A stretch of DNA of 48,370 nucleotides from an uncultured virus (IMG/VR IMGVR_UViG_3300005239_000257) (IMGVR_UViG_3300005239_000257); one strand, 5' to 3'; positions 17,548 through 27,929 are shown, numbered from the stretch's first letter. Numbers and translations: made by a program. The notes: generated from the sequence alone by a model not told the origin.

Positions 17548-18855
17548 TTAGCGCCTGCAACTTTAACAGGTGGTACTGGTATTAATGTAACTACAAATTC
17601 ACCTAATAACTTTACTATAACTAATACTTTAGGTGCAGGTATTGATTGGGATACAACAATACAAACAGCTACTTTTTCAGCTAATCCAGGTAAAGGTTAT
17701 ATAGTTAATACAACTTCTGGACAAATTACAATAAATTTACCAGCAGGTGTTCCAGGTAATATAATTGGAATACAAGATTACGCGGGCACATTCAATACTA
17801 ATAAACTAATTATCAGTTCAAATGGGTCAGAAAAAATACAAGGTGATACTGATGATTATAAATGTGTAACTAAAGATGCTACGGTATATTTATTATATCA
17901 AGATGCTACTCAAGGATGGACTGCTGATAATATAATTACAAACGTTCCGCCTTTATTACATTTTTTAGTTGTGGCGGCTGGGGGAAGTAGTCCTGGTGGC
18001 GGTAACAATGGTTCAGCAAATGGTGGTGGTGGTGCTGGTGGTTTAAGAACAAGCTATGGAACTGTATCTCCTATAACAATTAGTGGAGGTAGCATGGAGT
18101 CAGCTCCAGAAGTTGTTGTTGGAACAAGTTATTCAATAACTGTAGGAGCTGGTGGAGCTACTAATGGTAATAATTCTACATTTTCAAACATAACATCTAC
18201 TGGCGGTGGTAAAGGTGCTATAAACAGTCAAAATCCAAGTCAAAATCCAGCTCCCGGATCAGATGGTGGTTCTGGTGGTGGTGGTGGTGGTCATTCTGCT
18301 GTTGCAACTTTAAATCCTGGTAGTGCTGTTTCAACACCTGTAGTTCAAGGTTTCGGCGGAGGTCCTTTACCTGCGGCTGGAAATGATTATAGTACATCAG
18401 GAGGTGGTGCTGGTGGAGCCGCGTCTTCTGGTACTGCTCCAGGTGGTTTAGGTTTAGTAGTAAATATATTAAACGCTACTAATGCTGCAACTGCTTCTGT
18501 TGGTGAAGTTTCTGGAAGTGATGTTTATTATGCTTCAGGAGGAGCTTCAGGTGGTTTAGGAGGTACTGGAAATGTAAATACATCTTTAGGAGGCGGTGGT
18601 AATGGTGGTAGTTATTATACAGCTCAAGGATATGGAGTAGCGGCTATAAACACAGGTGGAGGTGCGGGATCTTTAAGTAACAAAGCTTTCCCAGCAGAAA
18701 TTGGTGGCTCTGGAGTAGTTATATTAAGGTATCCAAGTTTATATACCGCTGCTATTCCAGGTGGTATTGTTGAAGCAACTGGTTCACCTTTTACAGAAGG
18801 AACAGAAAAAGTATCAGTATTTACAGGAGGAACAGGTAATATAACATTTAGCTAA
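17548..18855 (+). CDS. C-terminal part of a glycine-rich tail fibre (alternative 3' end of a 13658-like gene)
   Basis: Begins with the LAPATLTGG repeat shared with 13658, then GKGYIVNTT module and Gly-rich domain; 5' end missing. Confidence 0.75.
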   Translation, partial: LAPATLTGGTGINVTTNSPNNFTITNTLGAGIDWDTTIQTATFSANPGKGYIVNTTSGQITINLPAGVPGNIIGIQDYAGTFNTNKLIISSNGSEKIQGDTDDYKCVTKDATVYLLYQDATQGWTADNIITNVPPLLHFLVVAAGGSSPGGGNNGSANGGGGAGGLRTSYGTVSPITISGGSMESAPEVVVGTSYSITVGAGGATNGNNSTFSNITSTGGGKGAINSQNPSQNPAPGSDGGSGGGGGGHSAVATLNPGSAVSTPVVQGFGGGPLPAAGNDYSTSGGGAGGAASSGTAPGGLGLVVNILNATNAATASVGEVSGSDVYYASGGASGGLGGTGNVNTSLGGGGNGGSYYTAQGYGVAAINTGGGAGSLSNKAFPAEIGGSGVVILRYPSLYTAAIPGGIVEATGSPFTEGTEKVSVFTGGTGNITFS

Positions 18856-20099
18856 TGGCATTAACAAAATTAACAAAGAACTTAATAGACGGAACTTTTG
18901 GTACCGAATGGGTATCAACTATCCAGACAAGTAATTTTACAGCTGTAGCTGGAAAGGGTTATTTTGTTAATACTACCTCAGCAGAAATAACAGTTACATT
19001 ACCAGCAGGTGTTGTAGGTACTGAAATAATAATACAAGACTATGCTGGTACTTTTGCAACTAATGGCGTTATATTTACTGCTAATGGCTCTGAAAAGATT
19101 CAAGGAGTTACTGATAGTTTTAAATGTGTAACAAATAATGCTACCGTAACTATTATATACCAAGATGCAACTAAAGGATGGACTGCAGATAACATATCAA
19201 CAACTAACGTTCCTTTAACGTTTGACTATTTAGTAGTTGCTGGCGGTGGCGGCGGCGGAAGTGCAGGAGGCGGCGGTGCAGGTGGTTTATTAACCGGTAC
19301 ATATACTTTTTCACTTGCTACAAACTATAATTTAACTATTGGTGGTGGTGGTGGTGGTGCTACGCAAGCAGGAAATGGAGTAACAAATGGAAATAATGGA
19401 ACTAGTACTTCTTTAGCATCTATTGCTGTTGCTGTAGGCGGCGGAGGTGGTGGACGTTATTCTGGAAGTAGTGGTAGTAGTTCACCTGGAGTAAATGGTG
19501 GATCTGGAGGTGGCGCTGGATGGCCAGCTAGTACAGGAGGTTCTTCAACCACAGGTCAAGGAAGCAATGGTGGTAATTCAATTAGCTCAAGTACTAGTGT
19601 TTACGTTGCGGCAGGCGGTGGTGGAGCTGGAGGTGTAGGATTAAGTGATTCAGGAAATAATTCAGGAGATGGTGGAATAGGAGTTTCTTCAAGTATTAAT
19701 GGAACAACGCACTACTGGGCCGGAGGAGGCGGTGGCGGAAATCAAAGGCCAACAGGTGCTGCCGGTAATGGTGGAAACGGCGGTGGCGGAGGAGGTGCTG
19801 GTTATTATGCAACAGCTACAGCCGGAACAGGTGGTGCTGGTTTAAATGCGGGTGGATCAGGCACTTTATACGACGTATATGGATCCTCTGTTGGTGGAAA
19901 TGGAGGAGATAACACTGGAGGTGGTGGTGGAGGTATGGCTATTTCTGTTACTACTGGAGGAAATGGAGGATCAGGTGTTATAATACTTCGTTATCCTAAC
20001 AATTTTACAATATCTGGACTATCTGGAACAACTACTACATCAGGTTCATATAAAATTACAACATTTACATCAGGAACTGGAAACATACAATTTAACTAA
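18855..20099 (+). CDS. glycine-rich tail fibre protein, copy 2
   Basis: Paralog of 16038 with near-identical N-terminus and divergent Gly-rich domain. Confidence 0.85.
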   Translation: MALTKLTKNLIDGTFGTEWVSTIQTSNFTAVAGKGYFVNTTSAEITVTLPAGVVGTEIIIQDYAGTFATNGVIFTANGSEKIQGVTDSFKCVTNNATVTIIYQDATKGWTADNISTTNVPLTFDYLVVAGGGGGGSAGGGGAGGLLTGTYTFSLATNYNLTIGGGGGGATQAGNGVTNGNNGTSTSLASIAVAVGGGGGGRYSGSSGSSSPGVNGGSGGGAGWPASTGGSSTTGQGSNGGNSISSSTSVYVAAGGGGAGGVGLSDSGNNSGDGGIGVSSSINGTTHYWAGGGGGGNQRPTGAAGNGGNGGGGGGAGYYATATAGTGGAGLNAGGSGTLYDVYGSSVGGNGGDNTGGGGGGMAISVTTGGNGGSGVIILRYPNNFTISGLSGTTTTSGSYKITTFTSGTGNIQFN

Positions 20100-20103
20100 T
20101 AAT

Positions 20104-20475
20104 ATGGCACATTACGCATTTTTAGATATGGCTAACGTAGTAACCGAAGTAATAGTAGGTAGAGACGAAGGCGATACAAACACAAACTGGGAATTAGAAT
20201 ACCAAGATGTAAGAAAACAAGTTTGTAAAAGAACTTCTTACAATACACAAGGTGGCGTACACTCAGGTGATGGTACTCCATATAGAAAAAATTATGCAGG
20301 CATAGGATATACTTTTGACTATGCCCGCGATGCTTTTATTCCACCTAAACCATATGCTAGCTGGACGCTAGATGAAACATCATGTTTATGGCAAGCACCA
20401 GTTGCTTATCCAGATGATGGAGAAAGATATACGTGGGATGAAGAAAATCAAGAGTGGGATTTAATAACAGAATAA
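20104..20475 (+). CDS. MAHYA-type fibre-associated protein, copy 2 (possible fibre assembly partner)
   Basis: MAHYA...RTSYN...RKNYAGIGY...FIPPKPY.SW.LDE...W.AP motif; every copy follows a Gly-rich gene. Confidence 0.85.
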   Translation: MAHYAFLDMANVVTEVIVGRDEGDTNTNWELEYQDVRKQVCKRTSYNTQGGVHSGDGTPYRKNYAGIGYTFDYARDAFIPPKPYASWTLDETSCLWQAPVAYPDDGERYTWDEENQEWDLITE

Positions 20476-23136
20476 ATGGCTCAAACTAAACCTAAGGCAG
20501 GACAATTTTATGGCGTATCAGATAATGGTACAGACGGTCAGTTTTTAAAGACTGATGGTACAGGTGGCATGTCTTGGGATAGTCCAATAACTAATCCTAC
20601 GATAACATCTATTGATTATCCAGGTAGTGCAACTGCAGCAGATCCTGCAGGAGGTGAAAGTGTTATTATCAATGGTACATTATTTGCTTCAGGTATAACG
20701 TGTACTGTAGGTGGCACATCAGCTGTTACAGCTTTTAACTCTGCTACACAAATTACAATTACTACACCAGCAAAAGCAGCTGGTCAATATGCTGTAGCGG
20801 TAACAAATCCAGATGGAGGAACAGTTTCACAAGCAAACTTTATACAATACAGTGGTGTACCAGTATGGTCAACAGCTTCAGGTAACATAGGTAGCGTTCA
20901 ATCAGGATCAACGGCTTCTTTTCAAGTAACAGCTACAGAAGGCAGTGATACAATAGAATATGCAGTAACCACAGGTAGTTTACCTTCAGGTTTATCTCTT
21001 AATACAAACACAGGGGCTATCACAGGTACAGCACCTTCAGTATCAGCATCTACAACAACAACTTTTAGTATTACAGCTACAGATGATGAAAATCAAACTA
21101 GTTCTGCTAGATCATTTAATATAACTGTAACTCCTGATGTTCCTAGCAATCACTTTAATACTGTTTTATATACTGGTACTGGGGCAGCTAAAACTATAAC
21201 TACCGGATTTCAAGGAGATTTAACAGTAATTAAGCCAACTTCCAATGCTGACGTATGGAGTTGGTTTGATTCTCTTCGTACTTTTAATAATACTAGTGGA
21301 TCAGATTATTCTGCTCTAAATTCAGATAATGATAGTCCAGAAGGTAATACAAGCGCATCTCCGATTAATTATATTTGGTTTAATGATTATACACCAACAG
21401 GATTTACTTTAGGTACAGATCCATCAGAGAGAGTTAATAAATCTGGATGGGAGTATGTATCATACACTTGGAAAGCCGGAGGAGCTGCTGTAGCAAATAA
21501 TGTTGGAACTACAACAAGTCAAGTTAGTGCTAATAATACATTAGGATTTAGTATTGTGTCTTATACTGGTGCAGGAGTTGTTAATGTAGGCCACGGACTT
21601 TCATCTTCACCTGACTTAATAATAAGTAAAATAACAAATGCAAGCAGTGATTGGGTTGTATATAATTCAGTTAGCGGAACAGGTAAATACTTAGTTTTAA
21701 ATTCAGGAGCCTCTATAACAACTGATGCAGGAGTTTTTCCATCAGTTACAAATTCTACATTTACTCATGAATGGAGTGGTAATAGTTATCAATATATTAA
21801 TTACTGTTTTACATCAAAACCAGGTTTTAGCAAAGTAGGTTCTTACGTTGGAAATACAACAAACCTACCAATAGTATCTACAGGATTTGAACCTGCATTT
21901 TTAATGATAAAAATAACAACTGGAACTGACAGTTGGTTTATTGTTGACAACAAAAGAAGTACATCAAACCCAAGAGGTGACAGATTATTTGCTAACAGTT
22001 CAGCAGCTGAAGCTAATGAACCAGGTGCTCAAGTTAATTTTTTAAATGGTGGTTTTCAAATAACAGGTTCTGGTGGAGGTGCAGGTCAAACAAACAGCAA
22101 TGGACAAACTTATTTATATATAGCTTTTGCAGCTGATCCTTCTACAACAACACCTAGTTTAGCTAATAGTTTTAGTACAATTACTTATTCAGGTAATGGA
22201 GGAACACAATCTACAAACTCTTTATCAAACCAAGCAGGAACAATAGGTTTTGCGCCTGATTTAACGTGGATAAAAACAAGAAGCAATGTTGATAGTCATT
22301 TTTTATGGGACACTTTAAGAGGTGCAAATGAAATGATTATCGCTAACAGTACTGGTCCACAATATAACAGAACTGGTGTAACAGCTTTTAATTCTAATGG
22401 ATTTACTTTAGGAAATTATGGAGGTGTTAACAGTTCTGGTTATACATATGTAGCGTGGAACTGGAAAGCTGGCGGTAGCATACCGTCTATAAACGGAAAT
22501 GGAACAATTACAAGTTTAACAACAACAAACCAAGCTGCTGGATTTAGCATTGTACAACATGTTTCAAATAATTCTAATGATACAATAGGACATGGATTAT
22601 CTTCAGCACCTGAATTAATTTTTTCAAAAAATCAAACAAATCCTGGAGGTTGGGGCGTTTATAATGCAACAAGTGGTACAGGTGCATATTTATATTTAGA
22701 TACTGATGTTGCAGAGCAACCTGGTGGTACAACTGTTTATCCTATTGTAAATAATACGGTTTTTGCTCCAGGTTCAGGAGGCTGGAACTATGGAACTGGA
22801 GATACATATATTCATTATTGTTTTAGATCAATATCAGGTTATAGCAAAGTGGGTTCTTACACCGGTACGGGTGTTGCAGGTGAAGCAGGTAGTTTAGTTG
22901 TTACTGGATTTCAACCTCAATTTGTTGTTGTAAAAAGAATAGATGCGGCTAATTCATGGGTAGTTTCTAGTACACTTTTAGGATACAATGATTTATATTT
23001 AAATAATTCTTCCGCTGAGTTTGCTAGTGGTAGTTTATATGGTGCTCATTATGCTCCTACAGGATTTTATTTTAACACAGCAGATCAAAGCAGAAATATA
23101 AGCGGTGGACAATATATTTATTTAGCAATAGCTTAA
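20476..23136 (+). CDS. tail fibre protein with IPT/TIG and Ig-like domains plus duplicated C-terminal domain
   Basis: PTITSI...GGESVIING...TNPDG (IPT-like); GSLPSGLSLN..TGAITGT (Ig-like); two repeats of FxTxxYxG...WKAGG...GFSIV...GHGL...SKVGSY. Confidence 0.8.
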   Translation: MAQTKPKAGQFYGVSDNGTDGQFLKTDGTGGMSWDSPITNPTITSIDYPGSATAADPAGGESVIINGTLFASGITCTVGGTSAVTAFNSATQITITTPAKAAGQYAVAVTNPDGGTVSQANFIQYSGVPVWSTASGNIGSVQSGSTASFQVTATEGSDTIEYAVTTGSLPSGLSLNTNTGAITGTAPSVSASTTTTFSITATDDENQTSSARSFNITVTPDVPSNHFNTVLYTGTGAAKTITTGFQGDLTVIKPTSNADVWSWFDSLRTFNNTSGSDYSALNSDNDSPEGNTSASPINYIWFNDYTPTGFTLGTDPSERVNKSGWEYVSYTWKAGGAAVANNVGTTTSQVSANNTLGFSIVSYTGAGVVNVGHGLSSSPDLIISKITNASSDWVVYNSVSGTGKYLVLNSGASITTDAGVFPSVTNSTFTHEWSGNSYQYINYCFTSKPGFSKVGSYVGNTTNLPIVSTGFEPAFLMIKITTGTDSWFIVDNKRSTSNPRGDRLFANSSAAEANEPGAQVNFLNGGFQITGSGGGAGQTNSNGQTYLYIAFAADPSTTTPSLANSFSTITYSGNGGTQSTNSLSNQAGTIGFAPDLTWIKTRSNVDSHFLWDTLRGANEMIIANSTGPQYNRTGVTAFNSNGFTLGNYGGVNSSGYTYVAWNWKAGGSIPSINGNGTITSLTTTNQAAGFSIVQHVSNNSNDTIGHGLSSAPELIFSKNQTNPGGWGVYNATSGTGAYLYLDTDVAEQPGGTTVYPIVNNTVFAPGSGGWNYGTGDTYIHYCFRSISGYSKVGSYTGTGVAGEAGSLVVTGFQPQFVVVKRIDAANSWVVSSTLLGYNDLYLNNSSAEFASGSLYGAHYAPTGFYFNTADQSRNISGGQYIYLAIA

Positions 23137-23152
23137 AAAAAATTAATAAAAA

Positions 23153-23596
23153 ATGGCTTTAACAAAAGTAACAAGTAATGTACTAGCAGATGATGCTGTA
23201 ACAACGGGTAAAATCCTAGATGCAAATGTAACAACAGGTAAGCTAGCAACAAGTAGTGTTACTAGTATTAAAGTAGGTACAGAGTTTACAACAGCTACTG
23301 TTTTACCACCAGCAGCTACAATTGATGTAAGCTACACAGCAGCTCAAGTATTTACATTAACGCCTAATGCTAATACTACACTTAATATAACTAATCCTGT
23401 AATCGGTGTAACTAAAGCTATAGTTGTAACCGGCGCAGGCGGTTCATATACAGTAGGTTTTACAGTAGGCGGATCAGCAGGTACATTTAACAAAATATCT
23501 GGTGACTATAGTGATACTGCAGCTGCTAAAAATTTTATACAAATAACATGTGTAAGTGCCACTGAGTTCTGGTACACTATATCACAAATAGCTTAA
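23153..23596 (+). CDS. small tail fibre protein
   Basis: MALTKV N-terminus with 10-residue AVTTGKI-type repeats. Confidence 0.7.
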   Translation: MALTKVTSNVLADDAVTTGKILDANVTTGKLATSSVTSIKVGTEFTTATVLPPAATIDVSYTAAQVFTLTPNANTTLNITNPVIGVTKAIVVTGAGGSYTVGFTVGGSAGTFNKISGDYSDTAAAKNFIQITCVSATEFWYTISQIA

Positions 23597-23599
23597 AGT

Positions 23600-26500
23600 A
23601 TGTTTGGACAAAGTCTGTTATCAGCTTTTGGAATTGCGTGTACAACGGACACAGATCAGTTATTTACAGTACCTGCCTCATCTAGTGCTGTAGCTACATA
23701 TGAATTGAATAGTAATGCTAATTCAATTCCCTACAATGAATCAATTACATCTACAGCTACATATCAATTAAATAGTGGAGGTACTTCTATACCAAGTAAT
23801 ACATATCCTTTAACTACAAATGGAATAACATTTGCAAGTGGTAAATTTGGAAATGCAGCAGGATTTTCTTCAGGTAATGCATCTACGGGCGATTATATGA
23901 AAGTTTCAAATTCTATTTATGGCTCATCAACTACAGTTTTTTCTTGGTCTTTATGGATAAAATGTGACAATACAACAGGCACAGGTGTTAACATAATGGG
24001 TAATGGAGCATTAGCAGGAGGTCAAACGGGGTATACTGTTTTTTTATACAACGGTAGATTAGCATTAAGTACATTGCAAAGCAGTGATCAATATTTTCCA
24101 AATCCTGAAAGCAATGGTACTTTAATAAATGATAATCAATGGCATAATATTGTGCTTACTTATAATAATGGTTCTTTTGTTTTATATTTAGATGGCTCAC
24201 CTAATCAAACAGGAACTTCAAGTAATTATATAAATAATGCAACACCTGCAAATGATACATACATAGGTAATTCATTTCAAAGAGGTATTTCTGACGGTAT
24301 AGTAAATGGACAAATAGACCAGGTTAGGGTGTTTGGTGGAACAATATTAAATCAAGATGCAGTAACTGCATTATACAATGAAACAACTACCACAGCACAA
24401 AATGACTATATAAGCTATACAGCACCTTCTTATAATGGTACACCTAGCAATATAACATATACTACTGGTAAGTTTGGTGATGCTGCAGTATTTAATGGAA
24501 GTAATACGAGTATTAATATTGGGGCATCAAATAATTTTGCGAGTAACAAATTAACAATTAGTTTTTGGGCAAACCCAGGGACAGCAAATCCAAGTAATTA
24601 TCAATTGCTATTTTCTAATTACATAGGTGGAAGCGTTGCCGATTATGATTTTATCATCGATAGGCAATCCCCAAACCATGCTTCAAATGCTGAAAAAATG
24701 GAAGTAGGTATTTCTGGTTCAGGAAGTGCATACCTTTATATTTTGACAGATTCAGCAGTATTTACGCCAGGAACATGGAAAAATTATGTTATAGTTTTTG
24801 ATACTACAGAAAGTGCAAATGTTGATAAAATAAAAATTTATGTTAATGGTACTTTAGCGGCTCGTTCAGATATTGCTTCTTCTGGAACTGTAACTGGTTC
24901 TTTGCTTAACACAAGTGATGATTTACTTGTTGGAACTTGGCCACACGATACAAGCCATAGATATAGTGGTATTATGGACCAAGTAAGAATATTTAATTCT
25001 GCTTTATCACAAACAGCTATCACAGCTTTATATGATGAAACAACCACAACAGCACAAAGTAATAATATAGATTATTTATTACCAAGCCCTAATAGCATTG
25101 CATACTACAAAATGTCAGATGCTACAGATCGGCTAGGTAATTACAATGGTACAGCTACTAATGTAAACTTTAATACTGAAGGTAAGTTCGGATTTGCTGG
25201 AAAGTTCAATGGTAGTAGTAGTAAAATAGTGTTACCAACAACTACGATTGATTCAATTAAATCTAATGGTTCTTTTGGAGTATCTGCTTGGTTTAAAACC
25301 AGTGAAACAGGAGATAGAAAATGTATTTTTTCTGCTTTTCAAAGTTCATATTTAATGCTTGAAGTTACTTCGGGAAATCAATTAAAAGGAATAGTTTCAA
25401 ATAGTGTAGGTACTAATACTGAATTAACAGTACCTATTACAGTTACAGATGGAAACTGGCATCACGCTGTATTTACAGGTAACAATGGATCTTTATCTTT
25501 ATATTTAGATAATGGAACGCCACAAACTTCTAGTTCTTGGAACGGTACTTTTTTTAGTGGAACAGGTGGTATAGGTATTGGTATTAGAATGGCATCAAGT
25601 GATTATTGGGATGGCGACATAGACCAGATAAGATTATATGACTCAGTTTTATCAGCAGCTGATGTAACTACACTTTACAAAGAAGTTGAATGTTCACCAG
25701 CAGCTATAAATGCTTTAGCTAACTTTAATACTGTTATATACACTGGAAGTGGTTCTCAACAAGTTGGTTTTAAACCGGGTTTTACATGGATAAAAAATAG
25801 AGATTCAACGCCTGACCACGTTTTATTTGATACTATTAGAGGTGTGCAAAAATTTATTAGGTCAAACAATACTGATGCTGAAGCAACTGGGTCTGGTGCA
25901 TCAGGACAAGATTATTTATCTTCTTTTAATATTAATGGATTTACAGTAGGAAATGCGTCTAACACGGGTAGTAATTCAGTTGACTATGTAGCTTGGAACT
26001 GGAAAGCACCTTTAGCTAATTTATCAACTGGCTTTAATGGTAGCAGCACTGTTGGAAGTGCTAGTAAAATAGATTTAACAGGTTCTACAACTTTAACTAC
26101 AAGAAGTATTTCTTTATGGGTTAATCTAGCGGGAACAGGCTCAGGTGGTAATTTGATTCTTGATAATAGTGATGGTCAAAATCCAGGTGTAGTTCAATAT
26201 GGCAAATGGGTGATACAACTTCAATATGGAGGCACTAATTACTTTTGCTGGGATACATATACTGGTGGATCTTATGGTATATGTGATGTAAACTATACTT
26301 TTAATTTAAACACTTGGTATCATATAGTTTTTGTTGCCGAAGCTAATAATCAAGCAGTATACATTAATGGAGTTTCTCAAACATTACAAAATGTATCAAG
26401 AGCAGCTGAAATTGGTACTGTAACTATGTCGACCAATAGACTGGGGGCTAGCTGGAGCACTCAATATACCCATGCACTTAATGGTAAAATGGGTCAGGTG

Positions 26501-27340
26501 AGAATATTTAACGATGCATTAACCGCAAATGAAGTAGCTGATTTATATACAGAACCAGCAGCGAGTAATAATACATTAAACTATCCTGCAGGTGCAGGCT
26601 GTATCGCAGCTTATCCACTACAAACAGATGCAGTAGATTTAAGTGGTAATTATAGTGGTGCATCTAGTAATGTAACATTTGGTCAGCCAGGTTATTTAAC
26701 TGGTAACACTGATGGCGCAATAACAAGTATAGTTGCTGCTAATGTAGACGCAGGGTTTAGCATTGTTCAATGGAGTTCAAGTGGAGGAGCAGGTACGGTT
26801 GGACATGGACTTAATAAAACTCCTGAACTTATAATTGTTAAAAAAACAGCATCTACTTCTCCTTGGAGTGTATATGCTGCTCCTGTAGGAAACAGTAAAA
26901 GACTTCAACTTAATGAAAATGCTGCTGCAGCTACAGATAATATGTGGAATAATACAACACCTACAAATAAAGTTTTTACACAACAAATATCTGGTGGAGC
27001 TACAACAGATAACATTGGATACTGTTTCACCTCAATACCGGGTTACAGCCATATAGGTTCTTATGTTGGAACAAGTTCTGCTGGTAATTTTCAGTATACT
27101 GGATTTGAACCTTCTTGGTTAATGGTTAAATGTAGTTCAGCTAGTGGTAGAGACTGGGTTATTTTTGATGACAAAAGAATTTCAGGTTCAAGTTATTATG
27201 AGTTATATCCTAATACAAATGGTGCTGAAAATGGTCCTTATCCTGATGTTACTTTAAATTCTACTGGATTTACTTTAGGAACTAACGCAAGTTTTTCAAA
27301 TCAATCTGGAGATACGTATATATTTTTAGCAATAGCATAA
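23600..27340 (+). CDS. large LamG/concanavalin A-like domain tail protein
   Basis: Four LamG-like units (GKFG.A..F.G, S.W, W[HKY][NH], G..[DG]Q[VI]R.[FY]..LY) plus a C-terminal domain shared with 20476. Confidence 0.85.
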   Translation: MFGQSLLSAFGIACTTDTDQLFTVPASSSAVATYELNSNANSIPYNESITSTATYQLNSGGTSIPSNTYPLTTNGITFASGKFGNAAGFSSGNASTGDYMKVSNSIYGSSTTVFSWSLWIKCDNTTGTGVNIMGNGALAGGQTGYTVFLYNGRLALSTLQSSDQYFPNPESNGTLINDNQWHNIVLTYNNGSFVLYLDGSPNQTGTSSNYINNATPANDTYIGNSFQRGISDGIVNGQIDQVRVFGGTILNQDAVTALYNETTTTAQNDYISYTAPSYNGTPSNITYTTGKFGDAAVFNGSNTSINIGASNNFASNKLTISFWANPGTANPSNYQLLFSNYIGGSVADYDFIIDRQSPNHASNAEKMEVGISGSGSAYLYILTDSAVFTPGTWKNYVIVFDTTESANVDKIKIYVNGTLAARSDIASSGTVTGSLLNTSDDLLVGTWPHDTSHRYSGIMDQVRIFNSALSQTAITALYDETTTTAQSNNIDYLLPSPNSIAYYKMSDATDRLGNYNGTATNVNFNTEGKFGFAGKFNGSSSKIVLPTTTIDSIKSNGSFGVSAWFKTSETGDRKCIFSAFQSSYLMLEVTSGNQLKGIVSNSVGTNTELTVPITVTDGNWHHAVFTGNNGSLSLYLDNGTPQTSSSWNGTFFSGTGGIGIGIRMASSDYWDGDIDQIRLYDSVLSAADVTTLYKEVECSPAAINALANFNTVIYTGSGSQQVGFKPGFTWIKNRDSTPDHVLFDTIRGVQKFIRSNNTDAEATGSGASGQDYLSSFNINGFTVGNASNTGSNSVDYVAWNWKAPLANLSTGFNGSSTVGSASKIDLTGSTTLTTRSISLWVNLAGTGSGGNLILDNSDGQNPGVVQYGKWVIQLQYGGTNYFCWDTYTGGSYGICDVNYTFNLNTWYHIVFVAEANNQAVYINGVSQTLQNVSRAAEIGTVTMSTNRLGASWSTQYTHALNGKMGQVRIFNDALTANEVADLYTEPAASNNTLNYPAGAGCIAAYPLQTDAVDLSGNYSGASSNVTFGQPGYLTGNTDGAITSIVAANVDAGFSIVQWSSSGGAGTVGHGLNKTPELIIVKKTASTSPWSVYAAPVGNSKRLQLNENAAAATDNMWNNTTPTNKVFTQQISGGATTDNIGYCFTSIPGYSHIGSYVGTSSAGNFQYTGFEPSWLMVKCSSASGRDWVIFDDKRISGSSYYELYPNTNGAENGPYPDVTLNSTGFTLGTNASFSNQSGDTYIFLAIA

Positions 27341-27350
27341 ATTAAATAAA

Positions 27351-27776
27351 ATGAGTGATAAAAAGAAACCCTTTAAAGATACAGGTGTCGGACGGTTTTT
27401 AATCGAAAAGGCACCAAGTATTCTAGGAATGGTCGGCGACGCAATATTGCCGGGAAATGTAATATCAGAACTAATTAGTGGTAACTCTCAGCTTTCAGAA
27501 AGCGATAAACAAGTTGCACTAGAAAAGTTAAGAATAGAAAGAGCCGAAATTGATGGCACAACCAAAAGATGGGTAGCAGATGCTCGAAGCGGAAACTGGC
27601 TTGCGTCCAACGTCCGACCATTGGTTCTTGTATTTTTAACAATATCATATGTTATAGGGTGGTACGCCGGCTATTCACTGGAATCAGTGACTTCATTATT
27701 AACTATAGTCATAGGAGGCTATTTTGGATCTCGCGGCGTCGAGAAGGTATTTGGAAATAATAAACATAAACAATGA
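27351..27776 (+). CDS. putative holin (3TM / GTA-holin-like)
   Basis: RW.AD..S..WL..NVRP motif, two C-terminal TM helices, GGYFGSRG.EK; upstream of endolysin. Confidence 0.8.
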   Translation: MSDKKKPFKDTGVGRFLIEKAPSILGMVGDAILPGNVISELISGNSQLSESDKQVALEKLRIERAEIDGTTKRWVADARSGNWLASNVRPLVLVFLTISYVIGWYAGYSLESVTSLLTIVIGGYFGSRGVEKVFGNNKHKQ

Positions 27777-27925
27777 TAGAACAAGATTTTAAAATCTTTG
27801 GAATTAACGTAGGAGCAATGATATTTTCAGTAATACCTGAAATAAACACAATACTACAGACGGTAGTTTTATTGTTATCGATAGGATACACAATATTAAT
27901 GATACTAAAGAAATCAAAAGAATAA
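27773..27925 (+). CDS. small membrane protein (50 aa), holin/antiholin candidate
   Basis: Manual translation MIEQDFKIFGINVGAMIFSVIPEINTILQTVVLLLSIGYTILMILKKSKE; ATGA overlap; lies between holin and endolysin. Confidence 0.7.
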   Translation: MIEQDFKIFGINVGAMIFSVIPEINTILQTVVLLLSIGYTILMILKKSKE

Positions 27926-27929
27926 TACA

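Noticed and set aside
17260..18855. Apparent fusion of MAHYA protein to a Gly-rich fibre
   Set aside because: The join is across 20 Ns; the intact paralog at 20104 ends about 35 codons after this point.
14915..20475. Diversity-generating retroelement or invertible shufflon
   Set aside because: No reverse transcriptase or recombinase in the window, repeats are direct rather than inverted, and differences are mostly synonymous rather than adenine-specific.
27569..27760. Alternative-frame ORF in the holin gene as an embedded spanin
   Set aside because: No signal peptide or hydrophobic h-region before its cysteines; the GC patch is better explained by RNA pairing.
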